A stretch of DNA of 64,000 nucleotides from Leucoraja erinacea (Eukaryota): positions 6,882,001-6,946,000 of the forward strand of contig NC_073410.1 in the NCBI RefSeq assembly GCF_028641065.1, read 5' to 3'. Shown here one piece after another: positions 51,652 through 61,859 of this stretch; positions within the stretch are counted from its first letter, which is position 1, and the number at the start of each line of letters is the position of its first letter. The notes beneath the pieces were generated by a model, which was not told the DNA's origin, searched no databases, and saw only the letters and a list, made by a program, of their open reading frames with translations. Made by a program: the position numbers and the translations under genes.

Positions 51652-53321
51652 TAATGAAGCACAAAACGGCGGGACCCTCTAGTGGGGAAAATCACTGGCC
51701 TGAAACAACCCCTTGGTGAATGCTCATGTTAATTCACTCACCATGGAGCTGAAGGAAAACCATTAAACATGTTTCTGTAGTCAAGTTATTAAAATACAGA
51801 CAAGTAAAATTAGTTGTTCCAGATTCATATTTGCTCAGCATGTGTGAATTTAATTAAAACACTTCTACAGTATGCAATCTGTGATGCATGTTAATAAATC
51901 AGCATCATCAGCAATCTGAACCTCACCTCCTTTTACCACAAAAACAATGTTTCTGTTCCATCAAATGAATAGCTTCACGCAGACGAAACGTGTGAAACCG
52001 TGCGAAATATTTATTACCTGAATTATTGTGTCATTCCTAACCTCTCAACCAACTTTGGCCGTCTTCTGTGGAGGAAGGAACTGCAGATGCTGGTTTAAAC
52101 CCAAAGACAAGACACAAAATGCTGGAGTAACTCAGCGGGACAGGCAGCATCTCTGGAGAGAAGGAATGGGTGACAGAGCTATGATGGTACAAAACTGACC
52201 CACAAACTGATGCCTGTCTCAGGGGGCTGGTAGATTACCCCAGCCGGGAGCCGTTGCCTTAGATGAACAAAAAAGTGATTCTGGATGATCAGCCATGATC
52301 ATATTGAATTGAATTGAATTGAATATTATTTTTGTCATTCAGACCTTTCGGTCTGAGCGAAATTTTGTTGCCTTGCAGTCGTACATATAATAAAAATGAT
52401 AAAAACACACAATAAACACAAATTTAACATCCATACAGTGAGTTCACCAGGCACCTCCTCACTGTGACGGAAGGCAAAAGTCTTAAAGTCTTATATTAAA
52501 TTGAATGGCAGTGCTGGCTCGAAGGGCCGAATGGCCAACTCCTGGACCTATTTTGTATGTTTCCACATCTCAAATGTTTCATTGTTGGGTTTGAGTTAAA
52601 TCACAATAAGAGCCCGCACTGTGACACTGTGACTCCTGTGCAATCTGTATCTTTTCCGTGCCTCCTGCAACGCTGTGTAATGTGAAACAACATTATGGAC
52701 AGCTATGGCTGGTCCCAAGTGTATCATCTGAAATAATGGACCTTCCCCAGCTTGCTTCACCGAGCAAACATTAGCTGAGCCAACAGATAAACACAGAGGC
52801 AGGAAGTGGAACATCTGAATTATTCAGCCTCACAGGAGCTAATCTGCCAGAGTACAATCTAAGTCAACACATTGCTCCTGATTCGCGATAAAAATCTTTC
52901 AAACCAATGGTAGCAAATGTACTTCAGTTGGAAGCATTCTTGCACCTTTCACATTGAAGCCTTCCTCCAACATGAAGCATTTAACCTCAGCTAACACATC
53001 CAAGCAGAGGGCATGTTGGTGCAGATGCAGAGAGGGTGTAGAACTGAACTCCAAGAGGCCAAGGGAAAAGCAATTTCCACGGTTCAAGCCTTGATGAATT
53101 TATCACAGCTACTGTGGTGGCACGGTGGCACAGCGGTAGAGTTACTGCCTTCCAGCACCAGAGACCTGGGTTCTATCCTGACTATGGGTGTTGGCTGTTT
53201 GGAGTTTGTACGTTCTCCCCATGACCTTCATGGTTTTTCTCTGGGATCTCTGTTTTCCTCCCACACTCCAAAGGCGTACAGTTTTGTGGATCAATTGACT
53301 TGGTAAAATTGTAAATAGTCT

Positions 53322-53334
53322 TGTGTGCGTGTGC

Positions 53335-53393
<59 letters not shown>

Positions 53394-53520
53394 TGTGTGT
53401 GTGTGTGCTTAGGTATGTGGGAGTCCATATGTGTATCTGTCACTGGGTGTGTGTGGGTCAGTGGGTGTATGGGTGTGCGTGTGTGTGAGTGTGTGTGAGT
53501 GTGTGTGTGTGTGTGTGTTA
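53322..53520. repeat. (GT)n-rich microsatellite expanded within a V-SINE
   Basis: Pure GT run of about 50 bp plus degenerate GT extensions. Confidence 0.93.
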
Positions 53521-53641
53521 GTGTAATGGGCCTGTCCCACTTAGGCGATGTTTTAGGCAACTACAGGCGACTGCCTCAAAATTCTCAACATGTTGAAACA
53601 TTTTAGGTGACAGTGGTGACAATTATTGCTGTCGTGGGTTG

Positions 53642-54930
53642 ACATCTGCGCCTTCCTCCCTCGGAACATGGACCCGTTGCAGTTTGCATACTGTCCGAAC
53701 AGATCCACGGACGATGCGGTCTCCCAGGTCTTGCACACCGCTCTCTCCCATCTGGACAGCCAGAAGGGGGACTACGTGAGGATGCTGTTCATAGACTACA
53801 GTTCAGCCTTCAACACGATAGTCCCCACCAGACTGCCCTGGGAAGCTACTGGAATTGGGGCTCAACACCTCCCTGTGTGCCTGGGTCCTGGACTTTCTCA
53901 CCGCCAGGCCCCAGGTGGTCAAGATGGGAGGGAATACATCAAAGTCCCTCACCCTGAGCACAGGATCGCCCCAGGGTTGCGTCCTCAGCCCCCTATTGTA
54001 CTCCCTGTACACACATGACTGTGTGGCTAGGTTCAGCTCCAACTCAATAATTAAGTTTGCTGATGACACTGTGGTGGTGGGCCTGATCTCAGACAATGAT
54101 GAGAAGGCCTACTGGGAGGAGGTGGCTGATCTAGCACTCTGGTGCCAGGATAACAGCCTCCTCTTGAACATCAAAAAAACGAAGGAGCTGATCATGGACT
54201 TTAGGAGGGCACATCATCCGAGGACGTACACTCCATTGAGTATAAATGGGGATCCTGTGGATAGGGTGAACTGTTTTAAATATCTGGGAGTCCACATCTC
54301 TGAGGATATGACATGGTCATCACACGCCTCAGCACTGGTGAGTAAGGCAAGGCAGCGCCTTTACCACCTCAGGCAATTGAGGAAATTCAGAGTGTCTCCG
54401 AGGATCCTCCAGTGCTTCTACGCAGCGGCGGTGGAAAGCATCTTGTCCGGGAACATTACCATCTGGTTCGGGAATTGCTCTGCCAAGGACAAGAAGGCTC
54501 TGCAGAGAGTAGTGCGTTCGGCCGAACGCACTATGGGAACTTCACTCACCCCCCTGCAGGAACTATACAACAGGAGGTGCAACTCCAGAGCAAACAAAAT
54601 CATGAGAGACCTCTTCCACCCCTGCAACGGACTGTTCCAGCCGCTACGGTCAGGCAAACGCCTCCGTTGCCATGCAGTGAGAACGGAGAGGTTGAGAAGG
54701 AGTTTCTTCCCAGAGGCAATTCGGACTGTAAACGCCTTTCTCACCAGGGACTAACTCTACAGAACGTTTTTCCTTCTATTATTTATTATGTAAAAGAATA
54801 TGTGTGTTATGATTGTGTTTATAATTTGTTTGGTTGTTTTGTTGTTCCGCGAGCATTGCCACTTTCATTTCACTGCACATCTCGTATGTGTATGTGACAA
54901 ATAAACTTGACTTGACTTGACTTGACTTGA
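53642..54930 (+). mobile_element. 5'-truncated Rex1/Babar LINE with most of the reverse transcriptase (one frameshift near 53835)
   Basis: ORFs 53626..54018 and 53855..54754: DPLQFAY..NRSTDDA...[15 protein letters not shown]; [17 protein letters not shown]; KFADD; FKYLG; (cttga)n tail. Follows a truncated Harbinger-like MITE starting at 53526. Confidence 0.95.
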
Positions 54931-55284
54931 CATAGGTGGCGTGGATTGTGTGGGCTGAAGGGCCTGTTTTCATGCTGTATCTCTAAACTAAACTGAACTA
55001 AGCATTGAAAATGCATTTGGATTCTGTACAATAAGCACTCTGCTTTCCAATGGTCTCACTTCAACCTGTGTGTACTTATCAGCCATTCCTGTTTTCAAAA
55101 TGATGGTGATATTTCAGTTAGTCACAAAATAATTTGGGCTAGGTGAGAATATTAAAGGTTCTCAGTGGGAAGGGCAATAGCAGGGAATCAGGTTTTTTTA
55201 TTGACTGACGACCGGCCAGTTACAAATACAGGAAATAGAAGTGACGCAAAAAGCTGGAGTAACTCAGCGGGACAGGCAGCATCT

Positions 55285-55320
55285 CTGGGCGGAAATCCTG
55301 GGGGGGGAACGGGGGGGATC

Positions 55321-55386
<66 letters not shown>

Positions 55387-55931
55387 AATCCAAATATCAA
55401 AATAACCTAAAGATTTGAATAAAAAGTGTGTGGAGCTCTTTGCCAATATAAGCTGTGCTTGACGATGTTTTCCTATAGACTTCATAAATAAAACAGTAAG
55501 ATTGCATGGTCCAAGCTTTCAAGTAAGTTGCAATATTTAAACGTAAGCTGCTTTGAGATATGGGGGACAATCTCCCTCCCCCCCATGTTTTATCAGACGT
55601 TTTCTAAGGGGTGAATCGGCCCATTCGTGGGGCCTTTCAGCCCCCGTCGTGGCTTAAAATCAAACTGCTGCGTCGAGGCGATCAAGACTCCTGATGTTGA
55701 AGCCCCCGCCGGCTGATGAAAGACCCCGTGAACGGGCCGATTCAAGCCCCACGATTCGGGGGCGGACGAAGCTGCTGTTGCTGGAGTGTTGAGTCAGTCA
55801 CCAACCAGGTCAGCTCCCGTTGTTACCGTCCACAGGGCCCACGGCCGAAACCTCACGTGTGTGCGCATACGCGCGCGCGGTCGACAGGAAATTGTGTCCC
55901 CCCCCATGTTTTGATAGCGATTTCCGTGCCT
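55285..55931. mobile_element. Probable non-autonomous DNA element (hAT-like?) inserted in a Penelope 3' unit; contains a G63 run
   Basis: Imperfect IR ggcggaaatc ... gatttccgtgcc; repeated ccccccatgtttt motif; the host unit is broken at gcagcatctctg and resumes at ggtgacgttttgggtcgag. No clean 8-bp TSD seen. Confidence 0.5.
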
Positions 55932-55939
55932 CAAAGGGA

Positions 55940-56090
55940 TCGGTGACGTTTTGGGTCGAGACCCTTCTTCAGACTGGTTCAGGACGAGGGAAACGAGAGA
56001 TATGGATGATGATGTAGAGAGATAGAGTACAATGAATAAAGGATAGGCAAAATAAGTAACGATGATGAAGGAAACGAGCCATTGTTAGCC
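55940..56090 (-). mobile_element. Penelope 3' UTR plus hammerhead-like repeat (reverse copy of the 15760-16345 UTR)
   Basis: Reverse complement matches gctaacaatggc..tttccttcatcatcgttact...atctctcgtttccct...agtctgaagaagggtctcgaccc without the CR1 interruption. Confidence 0.82.
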
Positions 56091-57758
56091 CAGGAATTGG
56101 AAATCTTTCGTCAGAAATCTGGATCACCAGCATGGGCGGCATGTTTGTGTAAATTATTTATGGTCTGGGAATGGTTTTATAGCTTAATTTATGGAATACA
56201 AATCACAATGCTTATTCATGAATAAAGTATGAAAACAGGTTACCAATTGCACAAAACTTTCTTTGTGAAGCCGTAATGATTCTTTCGTCATCTTAAAGGA
56301 TGGCTGAGTGTCGGCGTGGCTGAAACTGACACCAGGAGCTGAACGTGACAAACCTCATTAAATTTGCATGTATTCATTTTATGCGTATCACTGTTCTCTG
56401 CCGGGGTATTTGATTCCTTGTAATAGAGTTTTATGACTCTCCAATTTGCAGAATGTCTGTCAACCAGCGCTCATTGTTGCACATTAGTTAAGGGCTGAAA
56501 GATGTTTTTAAACTGACCTTCAGCTCCCATTTGCTGAGATAAACTTGCAGCGTCACTCCTCATGTTGGACACAAAAAGCTGGAGTAACTCAGCGGGACGG
56601 GCAGCATCTCTGGAGAGAAGTCGTGTGTGAGAGGAGGTGACGTGTCGGGTCGGGACTCTTCTTCAGACTTCTTCTGAAGAAGAAGAAGAAGAAGGAGGGT
56701 CTCGACCCAAAACATCACCCATTCCTTCTCTCTAGAGATGCTGCCTGTCCCGCTGAGATAAGGGCCCGTCCTACGACCTTTCACGACCTTTTTAACTCGT
56801 GGACATTTTTCATCATGTTGAAAAAACGCCCCGATCTACTTGATGCCACGAGTACCTACGACTAGCATCACGACCTACCTATGACCTCCTACGACCTCGT
56901 GACGACCATGCTGCGAGCATGAGTCAAGGGGAAACTTGGCAGAGGATGTAGGTGGGACAGGCCCTTTAGTCCAGCTTTTTGTGCCTATCTTCGCTTTAAA
57001 CCAGCGTGTTACAACTTTTGCCTTTTAACTGTTAGTAGAGACAGTGTTCTTTTGCAATTTGTAATCCTAATGGCATTTTACAAATATTAATTGCATTCAT
57101 ATCTAATCTCATCAATACAATCTTGCTGAAAATTTGTACCTTCTGAACATTGTCTCGGCAATTGATTTTGGACCACTTTAAGTGACTTTGGATCACTTGC
57201 CACTTTAAGCTGAACAGCTAATAATACATGGTCAATAATTGCGTTTGAAAATGCAAAGACAATATTTCTCTTCTTGGCATCAACAAATGCACAACAATTC
57301 TGAACATTTATTTTAGAACTTGCTTCCTGATAAAGGTGTTTGATTTTCATCCAGTATTAAAGGATACCATACAGAGCAGAACGTTGGCATGGTCTGAAGA
57401 AGGTTCTCAACCTGAAACGCCACCTATTCCTTTTCTCCAGAGATGCTCTCTTGCCCGCTAAGTTACTCCAGCTTTTTAGGTCTATCCAAGGTGCTTTAAT
57501 TGTTGGTTCTACTTTGTTCAGCATCACCAAATGGCAAGAGTATTAAATACACATCAGATTTATAATCCAAACTCTATATTTGCAACTTTAGCTGAAAATA
57601 TACACCTTGTTACAAATTTGAGTACGCATTATCCGAATGTTGAATTTGAATTTATACAGCACCTATAACACTGCAAAATGTCCCATTGGGTTTTACAGGG
57701 CCTTTGCCAACTAAGATCTAACATTGAACCAGGTTGGAGATGCTAGGATAGATGGAAA

Positions 57759-58098
57759 GGGCATCACAGTGGCGTAGCGGTACAGATACTGCTTCACAGC
57801 GCCAGAGACCCGGGTTTGACCCTGACTATACGTGCTGTCTGTACGAAGTTTGTACGTTCTCTCCGTGACCTGCGTGGGTTTTCTCCGGGATCTTCGGTTT
57901 CCTCCCACAATCCAAAGACGAACAGGTTTGTAGGTTACTTGGCTTGGTATAAATGTAAATTCTCCCTAGTGTGTGTAGGAGAGCGTCAGTGTGTGGGTAT
58001 CGCTGGTCGGTGAATACTCGACGGGCCGAAGGGCCTGTTTCCACGCAGCATCTCTAAACAAAACTTAAAAAAAACTAAACAAAACTAAAAAGAACTAA
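57759..58098 (+). mobile_element. V-SINE (HE1-like)
   Basis: tRNA head, V-domain, A-rich (ctaaa) tail. Confidence 0.87.
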
Positions 58099-60143
58099 AG
58101 TTTGGCAAAACAGAACAGTCTTAAAGAGAAACTTTGAGGCGAGGCAAGTAGAGTGGTAATGACAGTTTAGCAGTAAACCCAGGGGCTTTGGATTATAGGA
58201 ACAGCTCTAACCAGGAACACATAATATCAACCAGAATTGGAGCAGCGCAGAGGTGACAAGTCAGGTGCTTAGGAAGACAGAGAGGGGCCAAGTCATAAAG
58301 TGACACACACACAATGGTTTTCAAATACACAGTTATAAAATAAACGATCCTATATCTGTTCTCTATAGAAACACATCTGCTCTCAGGACCCTGGGGAAAT
58401 GTTGGCATTCGCCATGTTGTGCTGTGAATTTCTAAAAGGCACGAAACAAAAATATTCCAGGAACAACCATCACACTTTCCAGGTGCCCCTGAATAGTAGG
58501 TCATAGATTCATTGTCTCATAGACTCATAGACCCATAGAGTCATAAGCGTGGAAATAGGCCCTTCTGCCCAAATAGGCCCTTCTGCCCAACCCTCTCAAC
58601 CTATCCTATTCATGTCCCTGTCTTCTTAAATGTTGTGATAGTACCTACCTCAACTACCTCCTCCAGCAGCGCGTTCTATATGTTGCCCCTCAGATTCATC
58701 TTAAATCTTTCCTCCCCCCCCCGCCTCACCTTAAACCCATTAACAATGACAAAGATGGGATTAGTATAGAATTCATTTGTAGCATAAACATGGCAGCCAT
58801 TTCTCACTTAGTAAACGCCGGTATTGAGTAGAACAACAATCTCACCCAAAATACTCAGTAGGTCAGGCAACATTTTGTAAAGGGAGAAAAACATTGCAAT
58901 TAAAATGAAACCCTCGTCAGAAGTCGCACACCAAGGAATTGAGTGAATTGGAGATTGAGGAGGAGTGGAGAGAACCGAGTGAGTATCCGTGAGAAGATGA
59001 AATGAAAGGTTGTCCAAGGAACACATGCTTTTCAAGTCCAGTTAATACTTGAATGAGGAAAATTAGTGAAAGAATAACTCCAATCATTTCACTTAATTTT
59101 GTTGGTGCAAACAGTGACTCGGAATCATTTCACTTGGTTTTCCTCAGTGAACGATGGATGAAGTATACGAAAAACATTCTGCAAATAACACCATGGTGTC
59201 TTCAATTAATTCTGAAACATTAGTTCATCTCAGCTATAAAAAACAGCGACCTCATTATTGTTGTACAATCTCAACATCGCATTTGGAATGTCAACCTAAG
59301 TTAGTCAGTGGTGCATGAATCCGGAGTGTTTGGACTTGGAGCCAAGATGCTCTAGACACAAAAAGCTGGAGTAACTCAGCGGGACAGCCACCATCACTGG
59401 AGAGAAGGGAATGTGTCTGAAGAAGGGTTTCGGCCCGAAACGTTGCCTATTTCCTTCGCTCCATAGATGCTGCTGCACCCGCTGAGTTTCTCCAGCATTT
59501 TTGTCTACCTACACTGGACGGAAGGAATGGGTGATGTCTCGGGTCGAGACCCTTCTTCAGGCTCAAAGTTCTTCAGACTACTTCAGTCTCGACGTAAAAA
59601 GTCACCCATTCCTTCTCTCCAGAGATGCAGCCTGTCCCGCTGAGTTACTCCAGCACTTTGTGGCTATCTTCAATTTAAATCAGCATCTGTAGTTCCTTCC
59701 TGCACAAGTTCCACCATTCTGTTGCACTGGCCTCATAAAATGAAGAAAGACAATAGACAATAGACAATGGGTGCAGGAGTAGGCCATTCTGCCCTTCGAG
59801 CCAGCACCGCCATTCAACGTGATCATGGCCGATCATCCCCAATCAGTAGCCCGTTCCTGCCTTCTCCCCATATCCCCTGACTCCGCTATTTTTAAGAGCC
59901 CTATCTAGCTCTCTCTTGAAAGCTACCAGAGAACCTGCCTCCACCGCCCTCTGAGGCAGAGAATTCCACAGACTCACCACTCTCTGCCTAAACCTAAAAT
60001 AAACACAATTGTCGAGGTAGCGCAATCCACAAGTGGTTGTCATGGAGAGAAATTCGATGACCTTGCAGAGAGCAGGTAAATTAACATTAACTGGGCAATA
60101 ATTGGGTTTAATACAAGGCTCCCCATCCGGGATTGTCACTGAC

Positions 60144-60236
60144 CTCAGGGATTCTCACGCTGTAGGGCTGGTTGTGGAACACGGGTGGATTGTCGTTCAC
60201 GTCGCCCACTTGAATATTGACAATGCCTTTAATCAC
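60144..60236 (-). CDS. CDH23: Cadherin-23 coding exon (equivalent to human c.337-429; end of EC1 / EC1-EC2 linker)
   Basis: Minus strand reads ...tttgcag|GTG ATT AAA...ATC CCT GAG|gtcagt; 93 nt, phase 0/0. Translation VIKGIVNIQVGDVNDNPPVFHNQPYSVRIPE matches CDH23 (human VITRKVNIQVGDVNDNAPTFHNQPYSVRIPE) and contains the DxNDN calcium motif. Too short for the ORF track. Confidence 0.96.
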
Positions 60237-60279
60237 CTGCAAATTAAAAGTCAAGAAGGGTTTCAGAAGTTGTACTGCA

Positions 60280-60749
60280 CTTTAGTTTAATTTAACTTAG
60301 AGATGCAGCGCGGAAACAGGCCCTTCGGCCCACCGGGTCCGTGCCGACCAGCGATCCCCGCACATTAACACCATCCTACACCCACTAGGGACAATTTTTA
60401 CATTTACCAATCCAATTAACCTACAAACCCATACGTCATTGGATTGTGGGAGGGGGGTGGAAGATTGCAACCTTCACGTGGTCCGCCCTGTTTCGACTAA
60501 TGCAATCAACTCGACGTGCACAAACAGAAGATCAAATAGAACAAGTTGTCCAATAACGTTAGGCTGTGCACGCCACACGAAAGAAGAAGAAGTGGAGGAA
60601 ACCGGAGATCTCGGAGAAAACCCACGGAGGTCACGGGGAGAACGTATAAACTCCGTACAGACAAGCGCCCGTAGTTGGGATCGAACCGGGTCTCCGGCGC
60701 TGCATTCGGTGTAAGGCAGCAACTCTACCGCTGCACCACCGTGCCGCCC
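60280..60749 (-). mobile_element. V-SINE about 45 bp upstream of a CDH23 acceptor, interrupted by a ~140-bp (AAG)n-tailed retroposon (about 60453-60592, +)
   Basis: SINE broken at gtgggagg; the insert ends aagaagaagaag followed by gtggagg (imperfect TSD). Second copy of the insert at about 63414-64000. Confidence 0.82.
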
Positions 60750-60798
60750 TTGGTTGTAAATTAATCAAATTCTCAACAGAATGGATCCCTCCACCTGA

Positions 60799-60889
60799 CT
60801 GAAGAAGGGTCTCGACCCGAAATGTCGCCTATTTCTTTCGCTGCATAGATGCTGCCTCACCCACTGAGTTTCTCCAGCACTTTTGTCTA
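60799..60889 (+). mobile_element. ~90-bp hammerhead unit with 15-bp flanking direct repeat
   Basis: ccctccacctgactg at 60787-60801 and 60890-60904 (the left copy overlaps the CTG of the core). Confidence 0.85.
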
Positions 60890-61269
60890 CCCTCCACCTG
60901 ACTGCTAGTTTGGCGTTCATTAGGCTTCTCTACCCCAATGCAGGAGAGGACAGAGCTCCCAACTAATCATTATGCATTATGCTAAATGTGAAATAGCTTG
61001 ATTAATTCATGCAGATCACTGACTGTGCTACCAGTTATGGGCTTGTATAGTTAATCAGTACAACTAACCAAAATCAAAATTGTATTTTTAGAACTGAAGC
61101 AATGCATGTACACTGCAGTGTTTAAATATGCATCCAACAGAACCTTAGCAAAGTCAACTTTTAGTTCCTTTTTATTCATAACTTTAGAGTAAAAGGATCT
61201 GGGAACAGCTGCAGTGGAGAGGAGATAGTTCCCCGCCTCTTCTCCGAATCTGGATTTGTAAAGAGGGTC

Positions 61270-61475
61270 TAGAGGAGGATGCAAGGGCCCTTGTCACGGT
61301 TCATCCCTAGGAGTTGTGCGACTGTCGACTCTTCCATCTACGGCTGTTCCCAGGGACACGCATGGTGACAGACATCATGCTGCTACAAGGCCAACAACTC
61401 AGTGGAAGACGTTCGTTGGTCTGTCCAAAACGTGTTGATCTCCCAGCGCAGTGAGATGTGCGTTAGGGAATATTG
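61270..61475 (+). mobile_element. Decayed Tx1/L1-clade ORF2 C-terminal relic
   Basis: Frameshifted LSRFIP...YGLFPGTH..TDI...NSVED..WSVQNVLISQRSEM pattern. A weaker similar relic lies at about 41850-41995(-). Confidence 0.5.
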
Positions 61476-61541
61476 AAGGGTCTCGATCCGAAACGTCACC
61501 TATCCACATTCTCCAGAGATGCTGCCTGACCCGTTGAGTAA

Positions 61542-61859
61542 TGGGCCTGTCCCACTGTACGAGCTAATTCAAGAGCTCTCCCGAGTTTAAAAAAAAAATC
61601 TAACTTGTGGTAAGCACGTAGAATGTACGTAGCGGGTACGTCGGAGCTCGGGACGTCTCTTAGCGGCTCGTAACGCCAATGGCAGGTACTCGGGAAACGC
61701 GGTAAGTTCGGGAAGACTCGTGAAGATTTTTCAACATGTTGAAAAATGTCCACGAGAGCTCCGAGTACCTACGAGCGGCTATTATCGCAATTCTCCAAGT
61801 TTGAATCAGGGGAAACTCGGGAGAACTCTTGAATTAGCTCGTACAGTGGGGCAGCCCCA
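61542..61859. mobile_element. Harbinger-like MITE (family A) inserted in a hammerhead unit
   Basis: ttgag-TAA-[TGGGCCTGTCCCACTGTACGAG...CTCGTACAGTGGGGCAGCCCCA]-TTA-ctc. Confidence 0.86.

Noticed and set aside
53855-54754. 299-aa ORF as a host or novel RT gene
   Set aside because: It is the 5'-truncated, frameshifted RT of a Rex1/Babar LINE with a microsatellite tail and a second copy nearby.
55165-55485. Poly-Gly / poly-Pro ORFs
   Set aside because: Translations of the G homopolymer.
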